A stretch of DNA of 32,152 bases from Candidatus Sabulitectum sp. GTDB lineage: Bacteria; Fermentibacterota; Fermentibacteria; Fermentibacterales; JCC-6. The stretch's first letter is position 1. Every line of letters begins with the position of its first letter. The stretch covers positions 1 to 32,152 of the forward strand of contig JAOZLN010000002.1 of the NCBI GenBank assembly GCA_029934845.1, written 5' to 3'. The notes beneath the pieces were generated by a model, which was given only the letters and a program-made list of their open reading frames with translations, was not told the DNA's origin and searched no databases. Below, in pieces: positions 8,239-16,907 of this stretch. A program made the translations under genes and the position numbers.

Positions 8239-10521
8239 GTGGGGCTGGAGTACAATGTTTTCCAGGAAGCTTCGGGGCCCAGAGTTACTCTGGTGTATCC
8301 TGATACCTACGAACTTGGAGCGTCGAACTTCGGGCTTAGAGTTGTTCACCACCTGCTGTTGGAAACAGGGCTTTACACAGTAAGGCGCGGTTTTCATCCT
8401 GCAGCTGATATGCACAGAATAATGAAGGAAAGAGATTTGCAGTGGCTTGATCTGGAATCGGGAGATCCCATCTGCGAAAGCAAGGTTGTAGGATTCGGGA
8501 TATCTACGGAAATTCTCTATACCAATGTTCTTTCTCTGCTGGATCTAATGAAAATCGAACTTCGCTCTAAGAACCGTGATCAGAGTGATCCTGTTATTCT
8601 GGCAGGCGGCGGCGGGTTGGCTAATCCTGTTCCTCTCATGCCTTTTGTGGATGTTTTCTTTCTTGGTGAAGCAGAAGCAGGGCTTCTTCCTCTGATGAAA
8701 ATTTTGTGTTCCGATCTGGACAGGGATGAGAAACTTGCAAGAGCTGCTGATCTTCCGTCGGTACTGGTCCCCAGTCTTCATACCGGTCAGTCTGTTCGCT
8801 GGGCTGTTGCTGAAGAACTTAACATCAAGGATGCCCCTGTTGATCAGATCGTTCCCATGGCCACAGTTGCCCATGACAGAACAGTAGTTGAAATTTCCAG
8901 GGGTTGTACCCGTGGATGCAGATTTTGTCAGGCTTCACAGCTATCAAGGCCTGTAAGAGAAAGATCACCTGAGGACATTGTAAAACTCATCACTGATTCG
9001 GTGAAAAGCACGGGATGGGAACAGGCAGGTGTGTTGTCCCTTTCCTTCAGTGACTATTCAAGATTGAACAGACTTATCAGGGGATTTGATGAAATTGAGG
9101 GCAGTATGCATGTCCGTATTTCCCAGCCATCTCTCAGACCGGATACTCTTCCAGGGCTTCGCGGTAAAAGATTCTTCAAAGGCAGCGTTACCATGGCTCC
9201 GGAAGCAGGCAGTGAACGGATGAGAAGAATCATTAATAAGCCGCTCTCTCATGACGAGATAATTATGGCGGTGGAAACTGCAGCACGCATGGGTGCCCGG
9301 GGGATAAAACTTTATTTCATGGTGGGGCTTCCCGGGGAAACTGATGAGGATGTTCTTGCAATAGCATCTCTGGCTGATGCAGTAGCAAAAATCATGGGAA
9401 ACAAAAGAAAGGTTACTGCTGCTATCTCTCCTTTTGTTCCCAAACCGCATACACCTTTTCAATGGTGCAGGCAACCGGACCATGATGAACTGTGGAGACG
9501 AATTCAGCTTGTAAGAACGAACTGTAGAAGAGCCAGAGTGGCATGGAATGATCCAAGAGTTTCTGCAGTAGAGTATTACCTTTGTACCGGAGGGGAAAAC
9601 TCGCCTGATATTCTAGAAAAGGCTTATCGGAATGGAGCAGTCTTTGATGGCTGGAGCGATCTTTTCCGCTGGGATGTATGGAAGGAACTGATCGCAGTGG
9701 AACAGCCTGCCGGATTTGCTCTGGATGATCCTCTTCCATGGAGTTTTATCGATACAGGCGTAAAGAGGGAATGGTTGATCCAGGAGTATAAGCGTTCTTT
9801 CAAAGAGGAAATTCTTCCAGACTGCAGAGAAGCCGGTTGCAGTGATTGCGGTGGCTGCAATGGGGTTGTGCTTCCCTTTCCTGATATGATCGTCAGCGGT
9901 GATGCTAACCCTCTTCCTTTAGGTGAACCGCCTGTGGAAAGAGTTCGTCTCAGGTTTTCAAAAACTGGTCTGGCCCGATTTACATCCCATCTGGATATGG
10001 TAAGAATGTGGACAAGAGCACTGAGACGAAGCGGTCTTCCTGTGTATTACAGTTCCGGTTTTGCAAGAAGAATGAAACTGGTTTTTTCCCAGCCGATACC
10101 TCTTGGCATGGGTAGTGAAAGTGAATACCTGGATTTTCAGTTGACAGAATCTGTAGAACTTCACGATGTTCTAAAATCAATTTCTTCTGTTCTTCCCTCC
10201 GGTTTCAGAATTACCGCTTCGAAGAAACTTTCAGGCAAGTACAGATCGCCAGGGGCATTGTCCACCGCAGCAGAGTATATTATCCATGGAATTGATAATG
10301 CTGACAGACTTATAGACTATCTGAGAAATAATGAACTTGTTTCATCATTTTCAGTTTTTGATATTGATAAAGTAAGAATGATTTCCGATCCGAAAGATGG
10401 AGCTTCCAGGCCCGACAAAATAATGGAGGCTGCTGGCGTGAAATGGGAATCTATTGTAAGAAGTAACATTCTTGTTGCAGATCAAGCGGGGCAACTTGTT
10501 CCGCTATTGGCTGTAACTTAA
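8239..10521 (+). CDS. B12-binding-like radical SAM protein (TIGR03960-type) fused to a DUF2344/TIGR03936-type C-terminal domain
   Basis: The Cx3Cx2C motif CTRGCRFC lies at 8905-8928 within VEISRGCTRGCRFCQAS. From about 9934 the C-terminal part reads VRLRFSKTGLARFTSHLDMVRMWTRALRRSGLPVYYSSGF, which is DUF2344-like. The start given is the ORF-track GTG. The true start is probably upstream (see findings). Confidence 0.85.
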   Translation: MGLEYNVFQEASGPRVTLVYPDTYELGASNFGLRVVHHLLLETGLYTVRRGFHPAADMHRIMKERDLQWLDLESGDPICESKVVGFGISTEILYTNVLSLLDLMKIELRSKNRDQSDPVILAGGGGLANPVPLMPFVDVFFLGEAEAGLLPLMKILCSDLDRDEKLARAADLPSVLVPSLHTGQSVRWAVAEELNIKDAPVDQIVPMATVAHDRTVVEISRGCTRGCRFCQASQLSRPVRERSPEDIVKLITDSVKSTGWEQAGVLSLSFSDYSRLNRLIRGFDEIEGSMHVRISQPSLRPDTLPGLRGKRFFKGSVTMAPEAGSERMRRIINKPLSHDEIIMAVETAARMGARGIKLYFMVGLPGETDEDVLAIASLADAVAKIMGNKRKVTAAISPFVPKPHTPFQWCRQPDHDELWRRIQLVRTNCRRARVAWNDPRVSAVEYYLCTGGENSPDILEKAYRNGAVFDGWSDLFRWDVWKELIAVEQPAGFALDDPLPWSFIDTGVKREWLIQEYKRSFKEEILPDCREAGCSDCGGCNGVVLPFPDMIVSGDANPLPLGEPPVERVRLRFSKTGLARFTSHLDMVRMWTRALRRSGLPVYYSSGFARRMKLVFSQPIPLGMGSESEYLDFQLTESVELHDVLKSISSVLPSGFRITASKKLSGKYRSPGALSTAAEYIIHGIDNADRLIDYLRNNELVSSFSVFDIDKVRMISDPKDGASRPDKIMEAAGVKWESIVRSNILVADQAGQLVPLLAVT

Positions 10522-10533
10522 GGAGAAGAAGAA

Positions 10534-12081
10534 ATGAAGGTTGATTTTATTGTCAACCGGCATCCTGAAGTCACTCGAATTGCTGTTGTGGAAGACGGCA
10601 GACTTATGGAGCTCATCGTTGAAATGGTTGACGATAAGCGAATTGTCGGTAACATCTATCTGGGCAGGATCAACGCAGTGCTGCCTGGAATGCAGGCTGC
10701 ATTCATAGACATCGGGCTGGAGAGAAGCGCTTTTCTCCATGTGTCCGATGTGCGGGAAAAACTTGTTGATGAAAAAAACTTTGCCAGAGCTCTTGTGGAA
10801 GGAACTCCGCCACGGTCGGACGAGACCAGAAGGCCAATTGAGAAGGTACTGGAAAAAGGCAAAAGGATCCTTGTTCAGGTTACAAAAGAGCCTATAGGAA
10901 CAAAGGGAGCCAGGGTCAGCACCAGGATCAGTATTGCCGGACGCTATGTTGTCAGTATGCCCGGTGATTCGGTTGCAGGAGTTTCCAGAAAGATAACAGA
11001 TCGCCAGGAAAGAGGCCGGCTTCGCAAGATCACTCAACAGGTAAGAACTGAAGGTTTTGGCATTATTGCAAGAACTGCCGGTATTGATAAGGACGAAGAG
11101 AGCTTCAGAACTGATGTGGAAAGAATAGTTAACAGATGGAAAGAGATCGGTGCACTTTCCCTGAAAGCAAAAGCGCCTTCTCTTCTGCACCAGGAGCACG
11201 ATCTTATCACCATGACTGTACGGGATCTTGTTACTCCGGATATGAACTCTATTGTAAGTGATTCAAGAGATGTGGCAAAGCAGATCAGGAAGTATCTGAA
11301 AGCCTTTGATCCCAGTATGGCAAACAGGGTGAAGCATTACAGAGGCAAGACCCCTATCTTCGATCATTTCGGCATAGAAAAGGAGATCTCGGGGCTTGTT
11401 CGCAGGGAAGTTCTGTTGAAAAGCGGTGGGTCAATAGTTATTGATCATACAGAGGCTCTTGTTGCCATAGATGTGAATACCAAGAGGTACGTCGGCCGCA
11501 AGAAGCAGGAAGATACTATCTTCAAAACAAATATGGAGGCTGCAAAAGAAGTTGCCAGACAGTTACGTCTTCGTGACCTTGGCGGGATTATTGTGATCGA
11601 TTTCATAGACATGGATAATTCTTCTCATCGGGACAAAGTCGTAAATTGTCTCAGAGGCGAACTTGGCAGAGACCGGTCACCTACAAAAACCTGTCAGGTA
11701 AGTCCCATGGGTCTTGTGGAGATGACCAGGAAAAGAGTGCGTCCAAGCCTTGTTCAATCAATGTCCGTGCCGTGTGAGCACTGTTCAGGCACAGGCAGGA
11801 TACAGACACCGGTAAGCGTTCTTACAAGAATAGAGCGTTTTCTGGAGAGGGCTGCCAACGGGAAAAAGCATAATAGCCTGGTTGTAACCATCAATCCTAT
11901 TGTAGCAAAGTATCTTATGGAGGACGACGGCAGACGGCTTGAGTACCTAACAGCCAGAAGTGATAAGCTTTCAGTTCATGTTCACGAGGACGAGAGGCTT
12001 TTACAGGCGGATTTCAAGGTATTTTCACTGGATTCTCATGATGAGATCACAGGTCTCTACTCATCTGATTCAAGAGCTTGA
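10534..12081 (+). CDS. rng: Ribonuclease G / RNase E-G family endoribonuclease
   Basis: S1-domain N-terminus NIYLGRINAVLPGMQAAFIDIGLERSAFLHVSD, the catalytic core ALVAIDVNT...GIIVIDFIDM, and the Zn-link CEHCSGTG. Confidence 0.9.
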   Translation: MKVDFIVNRHPEVTRIAVVEDGRLMELIVEMVDDKRIVGNIYLGRINAVLPGMQAAFIDIGLERSAFLHVSDVREKLVDEKNFARALVEGTPPRSDETRRPIEKVLEKGKRILVQVTKEPIGTKGARVSTRISIAGRYVVSMPGDSVAGVSRKITDRQERGRLRKITQQVRTEGFGIIARTAGIDKDEESFRTDVERIVNRWKEIGALSLKAKAPSLLHQEHDLITMTVRDLVTPDMNSIVSDSRDVAKQIRKYLKAFDPSMANRVKHYRGKTPIFDHFGIEKEISGLVRREVLLKSGGSIVIDHTEALVAIDVNTKRYVGRKKQEDTIFKTNMEAAKEVARQLRLRDLGGIIVIDFIDMDNSSHRDKVVNCLRGELGRDRSPTKTCQVSPMGLVEMTRKRVRPSLVQSMSVPCEHCSGTGRIQTPVSVLTRIERFLERAANGKKHNSLVVTINPIVAKYLMEDDGRRLEYLTARSDKLSVHVHEDERLLQADFKVFSLDSHDEITGLYSSDSRA

Positions 12082-12110
12082 CCTTGATAGACTTAATTAG
12101 TATAAGTTTG
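12078..12110 (+). promoter_or_regulatory. Candidate Bacteroidetes/FCB-type promoter upstream of rplU (cTTG-N22-TAAGTTTG)
   Basis: TAAGTTTG at 12103-12110 matches the TAnnTTTG -7 element. A TTG at 12078-12080 lies 22 nt upstream, and a second TTG lies at 12084-12086. The site is about 70 nt upstream of the rplU start, in a 97-nt gap. This is motif matching only. Confidence 0.3.
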
Positions 12111-12178
12111 CGCAGTCCCGTTCGGTGGTTGGAAAACGTATTATTGGCATAATGTATTAATATAAATGGAGGTAAGGC

Positions 12179-12493
12179 TTGTACGCGATCATAAAAACAG
12201 GTGGATATCAGTTCAAAGTTGAGCAAGGTATGAAGTTGATGGTTCCCCGTCTTACAGGCGAAGAGGGGGCTGCTCATGTATTTGAGGAAGTGCTTCTTGT
12301 TGCTAAAGACGATAAGGTAGTGGTAGGGCATCCGTTCATCGACGGTATCAAGGTTGTTGCAAAAATCGTCGAGCAGACAAAGGGCCCCAAAGTTGTGATC
12401 TTCAAGCGGAAGAGACGAAAAGGATACCAGAGAAAAACAGGTCACAGACAGCATCAGACCTGGGTTCTTATCGAGAAAATAACGAAAGGCTAG
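12179..12493 (+). CDS. rplU: 50S ribosomal protein L21
   Basis: M-YAIIKTGGYQFKVEQG... is the classic L21 N-terminus. The TTG start at 12179 is preceded by GGAGG at 12168-12172. Confidence 0.95.
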   Translation: MYAIIKTGGYQFKVEQGMKLMVPRLTGEEGAAHVFEEVLLVAKDDKVVVGHPFIDGIKVVAKIVEQTKGPKVVIFKRKRRKGYQRKTGHRQHQTWVLIEKITKG

Positions 12494-12501
12494 ATGTATT
12501 C

Positions 12502-13365
12502 ATGGATGACACCGTGCTTGTTCTTTCCGGAAGAAAGTATGCCAGGGTGGTCAGATCTTCTTTAAAAGAAAGGGTCAGCCTGCTTCAGGGGTCTCCTCCC
12601 GGGCTTACAGTGGTAATGGTAGGTGATGATCCAGCCAGTAAAGTTTATGTAGGTGCCAAAGAAAAGGCGTGTAAAAAGGTTGGATTCAACAGCAGTGTTG
12701 TCAGAATGCCTGCTGAATCCTCCGAGGCTGATGTTCTGAAAGTGGTAGAGGAACTCAACTCCGACAGTGATATTCACGGAATACTGGTTCAGCTGCCTCT
12801 TCCTGATCACATATCAGTGGATCGAATTGCATCTGCAGTTTTACCGGAAAAGGATGTTGACGGTTTTCACCCTGTTAATGTAGGAAAACTGTGGAGGGGG
12901 GAAGATGGTCTTTTTCCATGTACTCCCTCTGGAATAATAGGGCTTCTTCGTCACCACCACATAGTCATGACCGGCAAGAATGCTCTTATTGTAGGCAGGT
13001 CGAATATAGTGGGCAAGCCCATGGCTGCTTTGCTTCTAAGAGAAAACTGTACAGTGACTGTGGCTCACAGCCGTACTGTTGATCTTGCTGAACAGTGTCG
13101 AAGAGCAGACATTCTTGTGGTTGCTGCCGGCAGAGCAGAGATGATCAAGAAGAACTGGGTTAAGCCGGGTGCGGTTGTTGTGGATGTTGGAATGAACAGG
13201 AACAGCAGTGGAAAGCTTGTGGGTGATGTTGACTACCACGATGTGAGCCAGATCTGTTCTGCAATTACCCCTGTTCCGGGGGGAGTGGGACCACTTACAA
13301 TAGCCTACCTTCTTGAAAATACGTTCAAAGCCAGATCCAGGCAGCAGATAGCAAGACCTAACTAA
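12502..13365 (+). CDS. folD: Bifunctional methylenetetrahydrofolate dehydrogenase / methenyltetrahydrofolate cyclohydrolase
   Basis: GLTVVMVGDDPASKVYVGAKEKACKKVGF, GILVQLPLP, VVGRSNIVGKPMA and PVPGGVGPLT. Confidence 0.95.
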   Translation: MDDTVLVLSGRKYARVVRSSLKERVSLLQGSPPGLTVVMVGDDPASKVYVGAKEKACKKVGFNSSVVRMPAESSEADVLKVVEELNSDSDIHGILVQLPLPDHISVDRIASAVLPEKDVDGFHPVNVGKLWRGEDGLFPCTPSGIIGLLRHHHIVMTGKNALIVGRSNIVGKPMAALLLRENCTVTVAHSRTVDLAEQCRRADILVVAAGRAEMIKKNWVKPGAVVVDVGMNRNSSGKLVGDVDYHDVSQICSAITPVPGGVGPLTIAYLLENTFKARSRQQIARPN

Positions 13366-13490
13366 AGATTATCACGGTATATAGCCAGTCAATTGTCTTC
13401 ATGTGCTTCTTTGTTCATTTTTAACGGTTGACGCACCAATACAGTTTATAGTATCTCTAGTTGTACGATTAACAACAAATAGGAGTGGCT

Positions 13491-16400
13491 ATGACTGTGT
13501 TGTCAATGTTTATGCTTGTGCTCTTTTCCACTGCAGATTTTCCCCTGATCGAATCGTCCTCTACGTTCTCTCTTGAAGATCTGGCCATGATGAGTGATCA
13601 GGAGCGACAAACTGTGCTTTTGGAACTTGATGCACACTATATTTCTTTGAACACCGGTTCCGGCCCTCTTCTGGCCACTTCAATTCCAGGTACACTGGGA
13701 GATCTTGTTCTAATTGAGGTTTACAGATCTTTAACTCCATACGACCTTGCCGTCCTTGACCAAGCTGGATTGTGGCCTGTGGGGTTTTCTCCCGATCCGG
13801 GAAGTTTTGTTGCAGTTGCAGGGGAGAATACACAGTTCTCTGCCCTTCGGGGATCAGGATTTGTAAGAACTATGAAGAAGTGGTCCTGGCGTGATGCAGT
13901 GCTTCCAGAAGATCGTCTCTGGACAGGAAGATGGTTTGTACGCATGGCTCCCGGTTATGCTCCTGCTAGCGGCACAGAGATGCTTGATCAATGGTGGTCT
14001 GTTCCATCGCCGGTTGATCTGGGAGTTCTTTCTGCTATACCGGACCGATCGCAGACAGCCAGATCTCATGCACTTAACACGCAGGCAGACGACAGCAGAG
14101 AGGTTACCGGGCTTCCAGAGTTGTGGACTTACTACACAGGTTTAGGGGTACTTGTAGGAGTTCTTGACACAGGAGTCTGGTCTGATCACCCGGACTTGAA
14201 CGGTGCTGTTGTGGCAGGTCCTCCAGATCCTGATGGCCACGGCACTGCTGTTTGCGGTGTTATTGCTTCAAGAGGAGATGTTGATCTTGGCTGTGAATAC
14301 AATGGAAGCGGAGGAGCCCCGGCCACCCAGTTGTATGTGATCCAGAGACCGGAATCCATGACTGCAGCGCAATTTGCCGGGTTTTATACTGAGTTTTCTT
14401 CCAACGGATGTGTCATAGTAAACAATTCATGGGGGTTTGACGGCTCAACTTCTTACGACGCATTCTGCCAGATCGTAGATATACACGCCAGAGAAGGAGG
14501 AATTTCCATATTCAGTTCCGGCAACAACCCTGTGCCTGGTGCAATTCCATCTCCTGCGATTTCCAAAAATGCTATTACAGTGGGGGCTGTTTCGTTCCTG
14601 CCTGACGACAACGGGAATATGCTTGTTGCCTCGTACAGCGGAAGAGGTCCAACGGCAGACGGACGACTTAAACCGGACATACTTGCTCCAGGCGGAGAGT
14701 TCTTTGAAACAACAATGCAGAATGGAGTTGCTACTACAAACGCCTTTTACGGCGGTTCGTGGCTGGATGATCCTGTTAACAGATGGCCGGGAGAGCCTTC
14801 GTACACAAGGTTCACAGGAACCAGCATGGCTGCTGCTTTTGTTTCATCGGCACTGACAATATGCGAGGAAAAGTACGGAGATCTTTTCAATCCGGAAGAC
14901 GCAATGGCCATAATGGCTGCCTGCGCCATACCACTTAAAAGCAATACAGGGCCTCCTCTGTCGGGTTATGCAACCACAGAAAGCGGTTTTGGTCTTCTCG
15001 ATGGTTACCATCTTCCAGGAACATATTTTTCAGAGGAAGTTGACAGATTACTGTGGATAAACTCTTCGATCACAGAAGGAATGGGGTTTAAACAGTGGAC
15101 CATGTATGTTCCAGCTTACACCAGCTGGCTTTCGCTGGGGCTTGGGTATGCTGATGTTCCGTCAATGCTTCCGGGTATTCAGGTCGATCTTGATATCACT
15201 CTGATCTCTCCCACTAATACAGAGTATAATTACCTGTTGCCATCCGGAGTAACATCACAGAGTCCAGTTGAGAGGGTTGTAGTTGAATCTCCTACTCCCG
15301 GTGCCTGGACTGTGCGGGTTACCGGTGCAGCTTGGGCTGATCCAGGCAACCCTTCGGAGGAACAGAAGTTTGCCATTTCAGCATATCGTTTTGCAAGAGA
15401 TCCTGAAATTGCTGTTACTTTCCCCGGTGATACAACCATCTACGCACCTCCAGGCGGAGAGCTCACCATTCCTGTTTCAATCACAAACTCCGGAGGTTAT
15501 GTTGCAGTCGGTGCGTGGGCAACCCTCAGTCCACCGGCTATTTTCTCCGGTGATGTTAATGTTCCTGCGTTTATGGGTAATCTTCTGTACAAGGGCTCAA
15601 GTGCATCAGCGGATTTCACACTGCACTGTCCCGACCAACCGGGTACTCATACAGTTGATGTGGTTGCTGGTGCAGGTAACAGAGGGCTTGATAACGTTTC
15701 AAGTCAATTCACTATTGTTCTGGCATATCCCGATCTGACAGTTTCAACTGCTTCTCCCGATGCTTCTCCTCCCTTCGAAGTAGGACAGAATGTTGGTTTC
15801 AGCGTTATTGTCAGCAATGACGGAGAGGGGCCTTCCTCTGCTACGCAGCTGGCTTATTTCTTAACAGAAGACCCGGATTCCCTTTTGCAGCCTGTGGTGC
15901 TTTTCGATGTTCCTCCGCTTGAGAGCGGGGAAACAGCGTCATTTAAGGGAGGATACAAATTCACTTATTTTGATATAGGCAGCAGGTATCTTGTCTCTGT
16001 GGTTGATCCGGACTCTCTAGTTATCGAGCATGACGAGACCAACAACACTTCAGTTTACGGCTCTTTTACAGTAATTGGTGAACAGGCTCCCCCGTTGAAT
16101 CTGGTGGCTGTGAGCGGTAATGATGGCTTTATCCCGATAAGCTGGGATCCTCCAGAGGCGACTGTTCAAGGGAAAGGCCTGGCATCGTACAGGATTTACA
16201 GGTCAATAAGTCCTCTGGCTCCCGAACCGGAACATATTGCAGAGTTTTCAACAGATACAGTTTCCTGGGTGGATTCCCAGGTTGTTAATGGAATCGGGTA
16301 TTACTACTGGGCCACCTGTGTTTATAGAGATCCGGATGGCGAGAGTGCATACAGCAATATGGCTTCAGCTACAGCTCAGGGGCCAACGGGATCTCTGGGT

Positions 16401-16907
16401 GGTACTGTTACTGATGTGTATACCGGACATGATCTGAAGGATGTAGTTGTGGCTATCTTCGGCCTGGGGGTAACTGCTGTTACCGACAACCTTGGGTACT
16501 ACTACTTCGAAGAAGTTCCTGTAGGTGCTGTTCCCCTTCAGGTTGATACCGAGCCTTACATTCTTTTTTCCGATACGGCAACTGTTCAGGAAGACATGTA
16601 TACCGAGTTGAATATCGGGTTGATCAGAAGTTTTTCTTCTGGAATGACCGTGATACCCACACCTTTTACGCCCAACAGAGATGGGATCAACGACACAGCT
16701 TCCTTTGTGTGGCCTGCTGCTCAGGGTGCAGTGATCAATCTGATTGTTCTTAACATCGAGGGTGTTCCAGTAAGAAATATTTCAAATGCAGAGCCTGTAT
16801 GGGATGGTTGTGATAATATGGGAGCTTCAGTACCTTCAGGTGTTTATATTTTTCGTGCTTCAGCTCCCGCAGGGGAGGTGACAGGAACAGTATGCGTAGC
16901 AAGATAA
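13491..16907 (+). CDS. Secreted multidomain subtilisin-family (S8) serine protease with CARDB-like, FN3-like and carboxypeptidase-regulatory-like domains and a T9SS type-B/FlgD-Ig-like C-terminal sorting-type domain
   Basis: Catalytic triad contexts: VGVLDTGV (Asp codon 14166-14168), DGHGTAV (His 14238-14240) and GTSMAAAF (Ser 14823-14825), with NNSWG as the oxyanion Asn. CARDB-like PDLTVSTASP...VSNDGEGPS starts near 15729. GSLGGTVTD...GYYYFEEVPVG is CarboxypepD_reg-like. The C-terminus from about 16650 reads PFTPNRDGINDT...WDGCDNMGASVPSGVYIF. I prefer the ATG at 13491, 5 nt after AGGAG, over the GTG at 13485. Confidence 0.9.
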   Translation: MTVLSMFMLVLFSTADFPLIESSSTFSLEDLAMMSDQERQTVLLELDAHYISLNTGSGPLLATSIPGTLGDLVLIEVYRSLTPYDLAVLDQAGLWPVGFSPDPGSFVAVAGENTQFSALRGSGFVRTMKKWSWRDAVLPEDRLWTGRWFVRMAPGYAPASGTEMLDQWWSVPSPVDLGVLSAIPDRSQTARSHALNTQADDSREVTGLPELWTYYTGLGVLVGVLDTGVWSDHPDLNGAVVAGPPDPDGHGTAVCGVIASRGDVDLGCEYNGSGGAPATQLYVIQRPESMTAAQFAGFYTEFSSNGCVIVNNSWGFDGSTSYDAFCQIVDIHAREGGISIFSSGNNPVPGAIPSPAISKNAITVGAVSFLPDDNGNMLVASYSGRGPTADGRLKPDILAPGGEFFETTMQNGVATTNAFYGGSWLDDPVNRWPGEPSYTRFTGTSMAAAFVSSALTICEEKYGDLFNPEDAMAIMAACAIPLKSNTGPPLSGYATTESGFGLLDGYHLPGTYFSEEVDRLLWINSSITEGMGFKQWTMYVPAYTSWLSLGLGYADVPSMLPGIQVDLDITLISPTNTEYNYLLPSGVTSQSPVERVVVESPTPGAWTVRVTGAAWADPGNPSEEQKFAISAYRFARDPEIAVTFPGDTTIYAPPGGELTIPVSITNSGGYVAVGAWATLSPPAIFSGDVNVPAFMGNLLYKGSSASADFTLHCPDQPGTHTVDVVAGAGNRGLDNVSSQFTIVLAYPDLTVSTASPDASPPFEVGQNVGFSVIVSNDGEGPSSATQLAYFLTEDPDSLLQPVVLFDVPPLESGETASFKGGYKFTYFDIGSRYLVSVVDPDSLVIEHDETNNTSVYGSFTVIGEQAPPLNLVAVSGNDGFIPISWDPPEATVQGKGLASYRIYRSISPLAPEPEHIAEFSTDTVSWVDSQVVNGIGYYYWATCVYRDPDGESAYSNMASATAQGPTGSLGGTVTDVYTGHDLKDVVVAIFGLGVTAVTDNLGYYYFEEVPVGAVPLQVDTEPYILFSDTATVQEDMYTELNIGLIRSFSSGMTVIPTPFTPNRDGINDTASFVWPAAQGAVINLIVLNIEGVPVRNISNAEPVWDGCDNMGASVPSGVYIFRASAPAGEVTGTVCVAR

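Noticed and set aside
10504-11199. 231-aa minus-strand ORF antisense to rng
   Set aside because: It lies wholly inside a well-supported RNase G gene. Its translation is Cys/Ser/Phe-rich with no recognisable motif and no SD sequence. It is a typical shadow ORF of a codon-biased gene.
12082-12178. A tRNA or structured ribosomal-protein leader in the 97-nt gap before rplU
   Set aside because: I could find no cloverleaf-compatible arms and no convincing extended hairpin by eye. Only the promoter-like motif is reported. A covariance-model scan (Rfam L21 leader) would be needed to settle it.
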